Notes under the pieces: model-generated
What the model was told of the DNA's origin: nothing
What the model saw: only the letters and a program-made list of their open reading frames with translations
Databases searched by the model: none
Position numbers and translations under genes: made by a program
Shown here: piece after piece, positions 36,959 to 46,812 of the stretch
Layout of the letters: the number at the start of each line of letters is the position of its first letter
Position numbering within the stretch: position 1 is the stretch's first letter
DNA from: Oscillospiraceae bacterium
Lineage (GTDB): Bacteria > Bacillota > Clostridia > Oscillospirales > CAG-272
Assembly (NCBI GenBank): GCA_015064255.1
Contig: SVSP01000001.1
Span: 203,951-267,950, forward strand
Length of the DNA stretch: 64,000 nt
Direction: 5' to 3'

Positions 36959-37993
36959 ATGAACACATCGGAAGTAAAATATTTTTCTTGGAAAGACGGC
37001 ACACAGGTGACTGTAAATAACGGAAGCGGATATCCCAGACTTTTCAAACTCAAGGACGGACGTCTTGCCTGCGCATTTGATGGTATGTACGTAAAATTCA
37101 GCTCGGATGACGGCCTCACCTGGTCGGATGCGGTAGCGGCAAGTAAATTTCCCGAATACGAAGGACTATTCTGCGCAAACGCAGCACTCTGGCAGCTTGA
37201 TGACGGGGAAATTTTCCTCGCATACCGTGCAAACGGAAGAAAATCGACTACAAAAAACGGTGAACATTATACATCTATTCAGGTGAGCGCAAGTAAGGAC
37301 AACGGAAAAACTTGGTATCACCATTCGACAGTTTACGAGCACTCGGGAAAGGGCGGAGTTTATGAGCCTCATTTTGAGCTTATGGACGGAAAAGTTACCG
37401 TTTTTTATGCTAACGATACGGAAGAGGTAAACGTCCTTCCTTATCAGTACATCGAATATAAGCAGTGGATAAACGGTGAGTGGACAAACCGCACGGTGGT
37501 TTGCGACGGCGGAAAGCATAAATCAAGAGACGGTATGCCCGTATGGCTTCAGCTTCGCGACGGAACTTACGCTTGTATAATCGAAGCCTGGAATACAAGC
37601 GGCAACGGACATATGATGATAAAGCTCGTTACCTCCAAAGACGGAAAAGAATGGTCGGAGCCTGTTGATATCTACACCTCAAAGAAGGGTAAGGCAGGCG
37701 CGCCCTATCTTGCAGAGCTTCCGAGCGGTCAGCTTATGGTTGCTTTCCAGACAGACGAGGATATGACGACCGAGGGCGATATGTATTCGGCGATGAAGAC
37801 GATAATCTCCGACCTCACACCTGCCGATAAGCTTACTGCGGCAAACTTCAGTGAGCCCGATATGCCGTTTGAAACACCCGACGGATATCACAGCATATGG
37901 AACGGACTTTACGTAAGCGGAAACTACGTTTATGCTATCACGGGAACGAACTATCCGAGCGGACAGATAAGACTTAACAGATATGAATGGTAA
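36959..37993 (+). CDS. BNR/Asp-box six-bladed beta-propeller, sialidase-like glycosidase (copy 1)
   Basis: Asp-boxes 'SSDDGLTWS', 'SKDNGKTWY' and 'SKDGKEWS'. No signal peptide. Start at ATG 36959, 8 nt after AAAGGAG. Confidence 0.65.
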   Translation: MNTSEVKYFSWKDGTQVTVNNGSGYPRLFKLKDGRLACAFDGMYVKFSSDDGLTWSDAVAASKFPEYEGLFCANAALWQLDDGEIFLAYRANGRKSTTKNGEHYTSIQVSASKDNGKTWYHHSTVYEHSGKGGVYEPHFELMDGKVTVFYANDTEEVNVLPYQYIEYKQWINGEWTNRTVVCDGGKHKSRDGMPVWLQLRDGTYACIIEAWNTSGNGHMMIKLVTSKDGKEWSEPVDIYTSKKGKAGAPYLAELPSGQLMVAFQTDEDMTTEGDMYSAMKTIISDLTPADKLTAANFSEPDMPFETPDGYHSIWNGLYVSGNYVYAITGTNYPSGQIRLNRYEW

Positions 37994-38017
37994 GGTATCT
38001 TTTTAGAGGTAGTATTA

Positions 38018-39061
38018 ATGAAAACAAAGCATTTTTCTTGGAATGACGGAATACAGACCGTTGTAAATAACGATAAAGGCTATCCGCGTCTGCTTAAGTT
38101 ATCCGACGGTCGTCTTGCCTGTGCATTTGACGGTATGTTCGTGAAATTCAGCTCGGATGACGGTCTTACTTGGTCGGATGCCGTAGCGGCAAGTAATTTT
38201 GCCGAATACGAGGGACTCGTGTGCGCAAATGCTGCACTTTGGCAGCTTGAGAACGGCGAGATACTTCTCGCATACCGCGCAAACGGTAAAAAAACGGGAA
38301 CTCCCGATGGCTCGTACTATTCGTCGATACAGGTAAGTGCAAGTAAGGATAACGGAGAAACCTGGTATCACCATTCGACGATCTATGAAAATCTTGAGCT
38401 GTCGGGCGCATACAAGGGCGTCTGGGAGCCTCATTTCGGTATGCTGAACGGAGTTCTTACCTGCTTTTACGCAAATGACTCAACGAATTTGATCACGACC
38501 TATCAGTATATCGAATATAAGCAGTGGATAAACGGTGAGTGGATAAACCGTACCGTTGTCTGCGACGGTGAAAAGCATAAATCAAGAGACGGTATGCCCG
38601 TATGGCAGCAGCTTCGCGACGGTACTTACGTTTGCATAATAGAAGGCTGGAATACTGCGGGTAACGGAAAAATGATGATAAAGCTCGTTACCTCAATGGA
38701 CGGAATAAAGTGGTCTGAGCCTGTCGATATTTACGTTCCCAAAAAGGGAGTTGCGGGAGCACCGTATATAGCAGAGCTTCCAAACGGACAGCTTATGGTT
38801 GCTTTTCAGACGGACGAGGATATGACAAAGGGGGCGGGAGCGCGTTTTGCCTCGATGAAGACGATAATATCAGACTTTACGCCCGCGTGTGAGCTTACAG
38901 CGGAAAATTTCAGCGAGCCCGAAATGCCCTTTGAAACACCCGACGGATATCACAGCAACTGGAATGGACTTTACGTCAGCGGAAATTACGTTTACGCGGT
39001 TACGACCACAGACTATCCCGAGCGTCAGATAAGACTTAACAGATATAAATTTGAAGAATAA
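38018..39061 (+). CDS. BNR/Asp-box sialidase-like glycosidase (copy 2, tandem paralog)
   Basis: Collinear with copy 1 over its whole length ('SSDDGLTWS', 'SKDNGETWY', 'SMDGIKWS'). Long stretches of near-identical DNA. Confidence 0.65.
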   Translation: MKTKHFSWNDGIQTVVNNDKGYPRLLKLSDGRLACAFDGMFVKFSSDDGLTWSDAVAASNFAEYEGLVCANAALWQLENGEILLAYRANGKKTGTPDGSYYSSIQVSASKDNGETWYHHSTIYENLELSGAYKGVWEPHFGMLNGVLTCFYANDSTNLITTYQYIEYKQWINGEWINRTVVCDGEKHKSRDGMPVWQQLRDGTYVCIIEGWNTAGNGKMMIKLVTSMDGIKWSEPVDIYVPKKGVAGAPYIAELPNGQLMVAFQTDEDMTKGAGARFASMKTIISDFTPACELTAENFSEPEMPFETPDGYHSNWNGLYVSGNYVYAVTTTDYPERQIRLNRYKFEE

Positions 39062-39173
39062 ACAAATACCCGATGGCTCGATATGAACCGTCGGGTATTA
39101 AAACATTATGATACCATATCCGAGACGTTTTGTCAATACAAAAACGATATTTGAAAAAAGTATTCTTTTTATC

Positions 39174-39202
39174 TTGAAAGAATGGTAAAGTCAAGCTATA
39201 AT
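39174..39202 (+). promoter_or_regulatory. Sigma-A type promoter
   Basis: TTGAAA, 17 nt spacer, TATAAT. Confidence 0.55.
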
Positions 39203-39250
39203 TGAACTATGGAAATATAAATCAAAAAACAGAATTTACGGAGGACATTT

Positions 39251-42200
39251 ATGGTAAACTGCAAAGAAATCAAGATGACTATACCGACCTACTGCGAAGC
39301 GCCCTATGAAGAGCTTCCGATATACGCAGAGGGAAGAACTCATCAGCGTACGGCAGGAAATCCCTATCCGAATAAGGTCATAATACACACCTATGACAGA
39401 GAAAAAAAGGACGTTGAATATAATGCGATAGTTCTCGAAAACGAATATATCGAGCTTATAATTCTCCCCGAGCTCGGCGGAAGAATTTTCTCGGCATACG
39501 ATAAGAGAACAGACTACTATTTCTTCTACCGTCAGCACGTTATTAAGCCCGCACTTATAGGCGATCTCGGATCGTGGATATCGGGCGGAATAGAATTCAA
39601 CTTTCCTTTCCATCACAGACCGTCAACCTTTATGCCTGTCGATTATTCGATCGAAGAAACTGAAAGCGGCGGAAAGATCGTATGGATGAGCGAGCACGAT
39701 CCCTTTGACCGACTTAAAGGTATGGTAGGAATATGCCTCGAACCCGGTCAGGCATATTTTGAAACAAGAATGAAGGTCTATAATCGCACACCGCTTCGCA
39801 GAACGTTCCTTTGGTGGGAAAACACCGCAGTTCCGGTAAATCCGCAGTATGAGATATTCTTCCCGGAGGACGTTGATCACGTGTGGTTCCATTACCGCGA
39901 TTCGGTTACGGGATTCCCTATGGCAAGCGGAAGCTTCAACGGATATCTTTACGGTGACGGAACGGATATAAGTAAGCACTTTAACACAAAGCACGCGACA
40001 TCTTACTTTGCGGCGGCATCTGAATACGATTATTTCGGAGGTTATGATAACGGAAAAGAGTGTGGCGTAGTTCATATCGGCGACGCGTATATTTCTCCCG
40101 GTAAAAAGATGTTTACATGGGGATACGAACAGCTCTCGCGCTCTTGGGAAAGAGCACTCACAGACGAGGACGGCGCATATGCCGAGCTTATGGCAGGCTC
40201 GTATTCTGACAATCAGCCCGACTTTGCGTGGATAGAGCCTTATGAAACAAAGAATTTCTCACAGTGCTGGTATCCTATAACAAAGATAGGCGTTCCTGAT
40301 TTTGCAAACCTTAAAGTGGCGTATTCGATAAAGGACTCAAAGCTCTATATTCAGCCGACAGTCAGCGAAAATGACGTTAAGATCAGCGTAAGCGACGCAA
40401 AGGGAAACAAATTCGAAGCAACGGTAGATCTTTCTCCCGATAACGTGACAATTCTTGAAATAGGCGATTTCGATAAATTCGGAAGCCGCGTAGTGATAGG
40501 CGATCTTATTTCGCATTGTCGCGAAAAGACAGAGCAGAGAGAACTTCCCGAGCTTGCAGTTAAAAAGCCGACTCCCGATGCGATAGACGATCCCTATACT
40601 CTCGTTCAGACGGCAGTTCATCTTACACAGTACCGCGATCCGATCGCAGATCCCGCGAAATACTGCCTCAGAGCACTTGAAATAAGGCCGAATTATGCTC
40701 CCGCACTTGAGTTTCTCGGAGAGCTTGCTCTGCGTAAAAACGAGTTTGCAGAGGCGGCAGACTATTTCGAAAAGGCACTTAAGGAAAAATACCGCTATAA
40801 CAGACACGCAGAAAGCGGACGTACAGAATATCTTATCGGATATGCTTACGAAATGCTCGGTGAGCTTGATAAGGCTTATTCGCACTACAGATTCTCGGCG
40901 TGGAATGCAGATACCTTTGCCTGTGCTATGACGCGTGCGGCGGCTGTATCGCTGAAGTCGGGCAATCTTGACAGAGCAGAGAAATTCTCGCTTGAAGCAA
41001 TCGAGCGCGGAGTTGAAAACTCGTACGCTATGCTCGTTCTTGCAGCGACAAACATTAAGCTTGGCAGAAATGAACTTGCCGCAGAGGTTCTTTGGGCAGT
41101 TGACGATTACGATAAGCTCTATCACAGCGCAAGATATCTGCTTATGCTTATAGGTGAGATAGAAGAGAGCGAATTCTATACGGCGCTTCACTCCTCTCCG
41201 TCGCAGACCTGCCTCGACATATACGAAGACCTTACGGCAGCAGGACTTGACGAGGAAGCGAAAGCACTTCTTGAAAAGCTTCCCGAATACACAAAGGATA
41301 TTGCGCCGACAGTCGCATACCTTATAGGAAAGGGCGAGCTTCTCAGCCGCGAACACAGGACCTTCCCGTTCAGAGATATTGACAGAAAGGTGCTTCTTGC
41401 CGAGGACGCAAAAGGAAACACCTACGCATCGTATCTTTACGGTTGTCAGCTCTTCTCGACACAAAAATACGATGAAGCGGCAACATATTTTGCAAAATAC
41501 GACGGCTACGAGGGCAAGCGTAATCTCGCGGTATATTATTACCGAAAGAAGGATTACGATAAGTGCCTTGAAAATCTTGAGGCGGCACTTGAGAAGAATC
41601 CGAGAAACGAACAGCTCGTATTCGAAAAGGCGTACGTAAGAAATCATATCGGATATGACTACAGAGAAACAGCAGAGTTCATACTTGCAAATATAGATTC
41701 TATTGAAAAAACAAGAGATGATATCTGCGCGGAGCTTGCGGGCGCATACAGTTCGTGCGGTGAATATGAAAAGGCACTTGACGTACTGTCAAAGCACGTG
41801 TTTATCGTCTGCGAGGGCGGTGAGACCTTCTACGCAGGAAAATATATAAGCGCGTGGGCAGGTATCGGTGAAAAGCTTGCCGCAGAGGGTAAATATAAAG
41901 AAGCCGCAGAAGCATTTGCGAAAGCGCAGGTCATTCCAGAAAATATAGGCGCGGGAATATGGCATATCGGTGTTCTTGTACCCGTTAAATACCGTCAGGC
42001 AGAATGTCTTGAAAAAATCGGTGAGAATGATATTCCGAATGAGGTATATGACCTTATAGACAGCATACATATAGACTTCTTCTCGGATAAATATCTCCCC
42101 GAGCTTGCATATTATAAGGCCATGGCTAAATATAAGAGGGGCGATAGATCGGGCGCGCTCGAAATACTCGAAGCGTTCGAAGAGAAGATAAACGACGGAC

Positions 42201-42337
42201 TTTCTCATACGGATAGCGGATGGTTTGCGGCGTATGCGTTGCTTATATCCTATCCCGATCTTGCAGTCGATGCAAGAAAGAATTATTACGGCAGACTTGC
42301 ATCTCTTTGTAAGGATGCACGCAAAAGGATAAACTAA
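39251..42337 (+). CDS. DUF5107-like N-terminal domain plus TPR array (1028 aa), paralog of 24307..27552
   Basis: 'SGGIEFNFPFHHRP', 'VLENEYIELIILPELGGRI' and 'YNRTPLRRTFLWWEN' align with the other copy. C-terminal TPR-like repeats. Confidence 0.55.
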   Translation: MVNCKEIKMTIPTYCEAPYEELPIYAEGRTHQRTAGNPYPNKVIIHTYDREKKDVEYNAIVLENEYIELIILPELGGRIFSAYDKRTDYYFFYRQHVIKPALIGDLGSWISGGIEFNFPFHHRPSTFMPVDYSIEETESGGKIVWMSEHDPFDRLKGMVGICLEPGQAYFETRMKVYNRTPLRRTFLWWENTAVPVNPQYEIFFPEDVDHVWFHYRDSVTGFPMASGSFNGYLYGDGTDISKHFNTKHATSYFAAASEYDYFGGYDNGKECGVVHIGDAYISPGKKMFTWGYEQLSRSWERALTDEDGAYAELMAGSYSDNQPDFAWIEPYETKNFSQCWYPITKIGVPDFANLKVAYSIKDSKLYIQPTVSENDVKISVSDAKGNKFEATVDLSPDNVTILEIGDFDKFGSRVVIGDLISHCREKTEQRELPELAVKKPTPDAIDDPYTLVQTAVHLTQYRDPIADPAKYCLRALEIRPNYAPALEFLGELALRKNEFAEAADYFEKALKEKYRYNRHAESGRTEYLIGYAYEMLGELDKAYSHYRFSAWNADTFACAMTRAAAVSLKSGNLDRAEKFSLEAIERGVENSYAMLVLAATNIKLGRNELAAEVLWAVDDYDKLYHSARYLLMLIGEIEESEFYTALHSSPSQTCLDIYEDLTAAGLDEEAKALLEKLPEYTKDIAPTVAYLIGKGELLSREHRTFPFRDIDRKVLLAEDAKGNTYASYLYGCQLFSTQKYDEAATYFAKYDGYEGKRNLAVYYYRKKDYDKCLENLEAALEKNPRNEQLVFEKAYVRNHIGYDYRETAEFILANIDSIEKTRDDICAELAGAYSSCGEYEKALDVLSKHVFIVCEGGETFYAGKYISAWAGIGEKLAAEGKYKEAAEAFAKAQVIPENIGAGIWHIGVLVPVKYRQAECLEKIGENDIPNEVYDLIDSIHIDFFSDKYLPELAYYKAMAKYKRGDRSGALEILEAFEEKINDGLSHTDSGWFAAYALLISYPDLAVDARKNYYGRLASLCKDARKRIN

Positions 42338-42379
42338 GGCTGTTTAAAATCAGATAAAAGCAGAAGGAAGGTATTGAAA

Positions 42380-43474
42380 ATGGCAAAAGTACAGTGGACG
42401 AAAGAAGAGGCATGGGAATGGTATAATGCGCATCCGTGGATAAGAGGCTGTAACTTTATCGGAAGCGACTGCGCAAACAGAAGAGATCAGTGGCAGAGCT
42501 ACGGAAGAGAAGAAAGAATGAAGATTGCTGACAGCGAAATGGCACTTGCCGAAAAGATAGGCTTTAACTCGGTACGTCTTATCGTCGATTTCGACGTGTG
42601 GCTCCAGGAAAGAGAAAGCTATATGAGCGTGCTTGAAGAGTATATTTCGATTGCGGCTTCGCACGGACTTTCGGTAATGTACGTTCTTGCGCTTGAGGCA
42701 CAGCTTCCGAGGGGAATAGACGAGGAATTTGTTCCCAAAGTACTCGGCGAACAGATATATGCAAAGGGATATCATCAGGGACGCTTCCCGCTTACACCCG
42801 AAGAGCTTGCGAAGAAGCCTTATCACTATCTTGAAAGAGAAGGACTTCGTGAAAAGTACCTTGAAATGGTTACCGAGATAGTTACAAAATATGCAAACGA
42901 CGAGAGAATCCTCTGCTGGAACGTTTACAACGAGCCAGGTAACGTAATAGGTAACAGATCTATTCCTCTTCTCGACGTTCTTTTCGAAACTGTAAGAGCG
43001 TGTGATCCCATTCAGCCTCTTACGGCAGATATATGGAGAAAGGTTGTTGACGGCAAGGCGAGGTTCGAAGAAGAACAGCACGCTTTCGAGCTTTCAGACG
43101 TAGTAAGCTTCCACTATTACGGCTCGTATCTTGAAACCGTGCTTCAGATCGAAGAAATGAGAAAGCTTGAACGTCCGCTTATGTGCACGGAGTGGCTCAA
43201 CCGCATTATGTATAACGACGTAAAAGAGATCTATCCGCTGTTCTATCTTGAAAATATCGCTTGCTACTGCTGGGGATTCGTAGTAGGTAAGACGCAGACT
43301 CACGAGCCGTGGGAATCGCTTTGGAACGATTATTATAATCCGAACAAGAACGTCGATTATGATTTCACAAAGTGGCAGCACGATCTTTTCAGAATAAATC
43401 AGCGTCCTTACGATCCCAAGGAAATAGAGATCATAGAGAAGTTCAATAAAATAGCAGACAGCCACAAAAAGTAA
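42380..43474 (+). CDS. Clan GH-A (beta/alpha)8 glycoside hydrolase (GH5-like)
   Basis: 'WNVYNEPG' (acid/base NEP block) and 'MCTEW' (nucleophile-type Glu). No signal peptide. Confidence 0.55.
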   Translation: MAKVQWTKEEAWEWYNAHPWIRGCNFIGSDCANRRDQWQSYGREERMKIADSEMALAEKIGFNSVRLIVDFDVWLQERESYMSVLEEYISIAASHGLSVMYVLALEAQLPRGIDEEFVPKVLGEQIYAKGYHQGRFPLTPEELAKKPYHYLEREGLREKYLEMVTEIVTKYANDERILCWNVYNEPGNVIGNRSIPLLDVLFETVRACDPIQPLTADIWRKVVDGKARFEEEQHAFELSDVVSFHYYGSYLETVLQIEEMRKLERPLMCTEWLNRIMYNDVKEIYPLFYLENIACYCWGFVVGKTQTHEPWESLWNDYYNPNKNVDYDFTKWQHDLFRINQRPYDPKEIEIIEKFNKIADSHKK

Positions 43475-43482
43475 ATAAATAT

Positions 43483-43518
43483 AAAAGCAGATGATTTTTC
43501 ATCTGCTTTTATGTTTTT
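43483..43518 (+). terminator. Intrinsic terminator
   Basis: AAAAGCAGATGA-tttt-TCATCTGCTTTT followed by ATGTTTTT. Confidence 0.8.
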
Positions 43519-43602
43519 GTACGAAAGTAATTAACTCGGAATCACACGAATATAATAGGAGCAAAGTCATACCGAAAAAATGAAAGGAATGATTACTCCG
43601 AT

Positions 43603-46248
43603 ATGCTTGGAAGAGTGGAAAATAATATAAAAAAAGGCGGTCTTTCCGCAAAGGAAGTGGAAATATCGAGAGAAAAATACGGAAGCAATAAGCTTGCAAA
43701 GACAAAGCAAAAAGGCTTTCTCGCAAGACTTCTCTCTAATCTTTCGGACCCGATAATAAAGATTTTGATCGGTGCACTCGCGGTTAATGTCGTCTTTATG
43801 CTCGGAAGCCTTGATCCGATAGAAACGTTCGGTATAGTTGCGGCGATCCTGATATCGACTTTTGTTTCAACGGCATCCGAATACGGCAGCGAAAAAGCCT
43901 TTGAAAAACTCAGAAGCGAGGGTACAGTCGAATATTTCAGAGTGATACGTGACGGTGAAGTCAGAGAAATACATATACACGATATAGTGGTTGACGATAT
44001 AATATTTCTTTCTGCAGGTGAGCGTGTCCCGGCGGACGGAATAATTATTTCGGGAGAGCTTTCTCTTGACGAGTCGGCAATAACGGGCGAAAGTATAGAG
44101 GTAAAAAAATGTGCTGTGCCCGAAGAAAATAAGATATTCCGCGGAAGTGTCGTATGTATCGGTCAGGCGACTATGCAGGTAAGTGCGGTAGGTGATTCGA
44201 CTCTTTACGGCGGTGCGGCAAGTGAGCTGGCATCCGAAACGAGAGAAAGTCCGCTGAAGCTTCGGCTTGCGCACCTTGCAAAGCAGATAAGCCGCATAGG
44301 ATACGTAGCGGCGATAGGGGTGTCCGTGGCATATTTTTTTAACGATATTTTCATAGACAGCGGATTTGACAAAAATATTATTCTTTCAAAGCTCGGCGAT
44401 TTTTCATATGTCTATAATCGCCTTATGCATTGTCTTACGCTTGCTGTTACGGTAGTCGTGGTATCTGTGCCCGAAGGACTTCCGATGATGATAACCGTAG
44501 TTCTTTCGTCAAATATGAAAAAAATGATGAGGGACAATATCCTCGTGCGAAAACTTGTCGGTATAGAAACGGCGGGAAGTATGAATATACTTTTTTGCGA
44601 TAAAACGGGTACGCTCACAACGGGAAAACAGAGCGTTTGCGAAATAATATCGGGTGATATGTCGGTATTTAAAAGCGAAAGAGGACTTCTGCAAAACGGA
44701 GGCGCGGTCTACGATGCCCTTGCACTTGACTCGGTATATAATACCGAAAGTGTGCTGTCGGGAAACAGGACACTCGGAGGAAACGCAACAGATAGAGCAT
44801 TCAGAAGCTTTTTCAGATCTCCGATAAACAGAAACGGTCTGATATGCGGCAGAAAAATTCCGTTTACAAGCGACAAAAAATATTCGGCGGTAGAGCTTTC
44901 ATCCAAGGAAAACAATAAAAAATTCACTATAGTCCGCGGTGCGCCCGAGATTATACTTCCAAACGTTGAGAGTGTACTTCTTTCAAACGGAAAAAAAGAA
45001 ACAAATTTTGATAAAAATAAAATAAACACGAAGCTTCACGAGTTGACCTCGCAGGCGGTAAGGGTTCTTGCGGTCGCGATCTGCGAAAAGCTTCCCGAAA
45101 AGAGTCTGACGGAAGAAAAATTCACTCTCGTTGCACTTGTGGGTGTCAGAGACAGGGTTCGAAAAGAGGCGCGCGATGCGGTCGGGGAAATTCACGGGGC
45201 GGGTGTGCAGGTGGTAATGCTTACCGGAGATAATCCCGAAACGGCAAGCGCTGTGGCGCGTGAATGCGGCATAATAGGCAAATTTTCCGATTCTCTCGTG
45301 CTTACAAGCGAAGAACTGTCGAGAATGAGTGATGGTGAAATCTCCGAAAAGCTTCACAAAATAGCGGTAATAGCGCGCGCACTTCCGAGCGATAAAAGCA
45401 GACTTGTAAGGATAGCGCAGGAAAAAGAGCTCGTAGTCGGAATGACGGGCGACGGAGTAAACGATGCTCCCGCACTCAAAAAAGCGGATATCGGTTTTGC
45501 GATGGGAAGCGGAACTGACATTGCAAAAGAGGCGGGCGATATAGTCATTCTCGATAACAATTTTAAATCTATCGTCAAAGCCGTTCTCTACGGACGTACT
45601 ATATTTGCAAGTATAAGGAAATTTATAACCTTTCAGCTTACGATGAATCTCTGTGCTGTACTCGTCAGCCTTATAGGACCTTTTGTCGGTGTTGATACTC
45701 CGGTTACCGTCGTGCAGATGCTCTGGATAAATATCATTATGGACACTCTCGGCGGGCTTGCGTTTGCGGGCGAGGCGGCGGTAAAGGAGATAATGAAGGA
45801 AAAACCGAAAAAACGAAATGAAAGCCTGCTGAGCAGATATATGATAGGACATATAATCTTTTCGGGAATGTTTACGGTAGCAATATGTCTTAACTTTCTT
45901 TGCAGTGATAGAATAAGAGCATTTTACGGCGTGTCGGAAGATCCCGTGAAGCATCTTGGGGCATTTTTCGGACTGTTCATTTTCCTCGGTATCTTCAACT
46001 GCTTTACTGCACGAACAGAGCGCATAAATCTCGGCGCACATATAGGGAAAAATAAGATGTTTCTTTTCATAATGGCGTTTGTAGCCGTTATACAGACCTT
46101 TATGATATATTTCGGCGGAAATCTCTTCCGCACGGTGCCTCTTTCTTTTATGGAAATGGCGTTTGTTATGGCACTCGCTTTCCTCATAATTCCTGCGGAT
46201 TTCCTTCATAAAATCTTTTTGCGACTGAAAAATAACAAAAAGAAATAA
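43603..46248 (+). CDS. P-type cation-transporting ATPase (Ca2+-ATPase-like, type II)
   Basis: Phosphorylation motif 'CDKTGTLT', 'TGES', hinge 'MTGDGVNDAPALKKADIG', about 10 TM segments. Confidence 0.85.
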   Translation: MLGRVENNIKKGGLSAKEVEISREKYGSNKLAKTKQKGFLARLLSNLSDPIIKILIGALAVNVVFMLGSLDPIETFGIVAAILISTFVSTASEYGSEKAFEKLRSEGTVEYFRVIRDGEVREIHIHDIVVDDIIFLSAGERVPADGIIISGELSLDESAITGESIEVKKCAVPEENKIFRGSVVCIGQATMQVSAVGDSTLYGGAASELASETRESPLKLRLAHLAKQISRIGYVAAIGVSVAYFFNDIFIDSGFDKNIILSKLGDFSYVYNRLMHCLTLAVTVVVVSVPEGLPMMITVVLSSNMKKMMRDNILVRKLVGIETAGSMNILFCDKTGTLTTGKQSVCEIISGDMSVFKSERGLLQNGGAVYDALALDSVYNTESVLSGNRTLGGNATDRAFRSFFRSPINRNGLICGRKIPFTSDKKYSAVELSSKENNKKFTIVRGAPEIILPNVESVLLSNGKKETNFDKNKINTKLHELTSQAVRVLAVAICEKLPEKSLTEEKFTLVALVGVRDRVRKEARDAVGEIHGAGVQVVMLTGDNPETASAVARECGIIGKFSDSLVLTSEELSRMSDGEISEKLHKIAVIARALPSDKSRLVRIAQEKELVVGMTGDGVNDAPALKKADIGFAMGSGTDIAKEAGDIVILDNNFKSIVKAVLYGRTIFASIRKFITFQLTMNLCAVLVSLIGPFVGVDTPVTVVQMLWINIIMDTLGGLAFAGEAAVKEIMKEKPKKRNESLLSRYMIGHIIFSGMFTVAICLNFLCSDRIRAFYGVSEDPVKHLGAFFGLFIFLGIFNCFTARTERINLGAHIGKNKMFLFIMAFVAVIQTFMIYFGGNLFRTVPLSFMEMAFVMALAFLIIPADFLHKIFLRLKNNKKK

Positions 46249-46261
46249 AAAAATAAAGCTC

Positions 46262-46290
46262 TTGACAAGACTTTGAGGAAATGTTAAAAT
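46262..46290 (+). promoter_or_regulatory. Sigma-A type promoter
   Basis: TTGACA, 17 nt spacer, TAAAAT. Confidence 0.6.
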
Positions 46291-46338
46291 ACAACAGACT
46301 TATACGAAATTAAAAAGAAAATAAGAGGAGTTAAAATA

Positions 46339-46716
46339 ATGAGCAGTAAGATCCATACAGACAAGGCACCCGCGGCAATCGGACCGTATTCACAGGCAGT
46401 AGTTATCGGAAACGTAGTTTTCACATCAGGACAGATCCCACTTGACCCCGTAACAGGCGAGATGGTGGGAACGAATATCACAGAGCAGACGCACCGTGTT
46501 TGCAAAAATCTTGAAGCCGTTCTGAAAGAGGCGGGAAGTTCGCTCGAAAAGGTTGTAAAAACGACCTGCTTCCTCAGTACTATGGCTGACTTTGCAGAGT
46601 TCAATGCTGTTTACGCACAGTATTTCACAGAAAAGCCCGCACGCTCGTGCGTCGCTGTAAAAGAGCTTCCCAAGGGTTCTCTTGTAGAGGTTGAGGTTGT
46701 TGCGGAAATAGAGTAA
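46339..46716 (+). CDS. ridA: RidA/YjgF-family reactive-intermediate deaminase
   Basis: 125 aa, with '[12 protein letters not shown]', 'SGQIPLDP' and '[14 protein letters not shown]...VEVE'. Confidence 0.85.
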   Translation: MSSKIHTDKAPAAIGPYSQAVVIGNVVFTSGQIPLDPVTGEMVGTNITEQTHRVCKNLEAVLKEAGSSLEKVVKTTCFLSTMADFAEFNAVYAQYFTEKPARSCVAVKELPKGSLVEVEVVAEIE

Positions 46717-46762
46717 AACGGTAGATTTTGCATATATTATCGTAAATATTACCGTTATATAA

Positions 46763-46793
46763 AAAAGGACAGAGATTAATTCTCTGTCCTTTT
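46763..46793. terminator. Bidirectional terminator
   Basis: AAAAGGACAGAGA-ttaat-TCTCTGTCCTTTT. Confidence 0.8.
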
Positions 46794-46812
46794 CGTGTGT
46801 TTGGCGAAAAAT

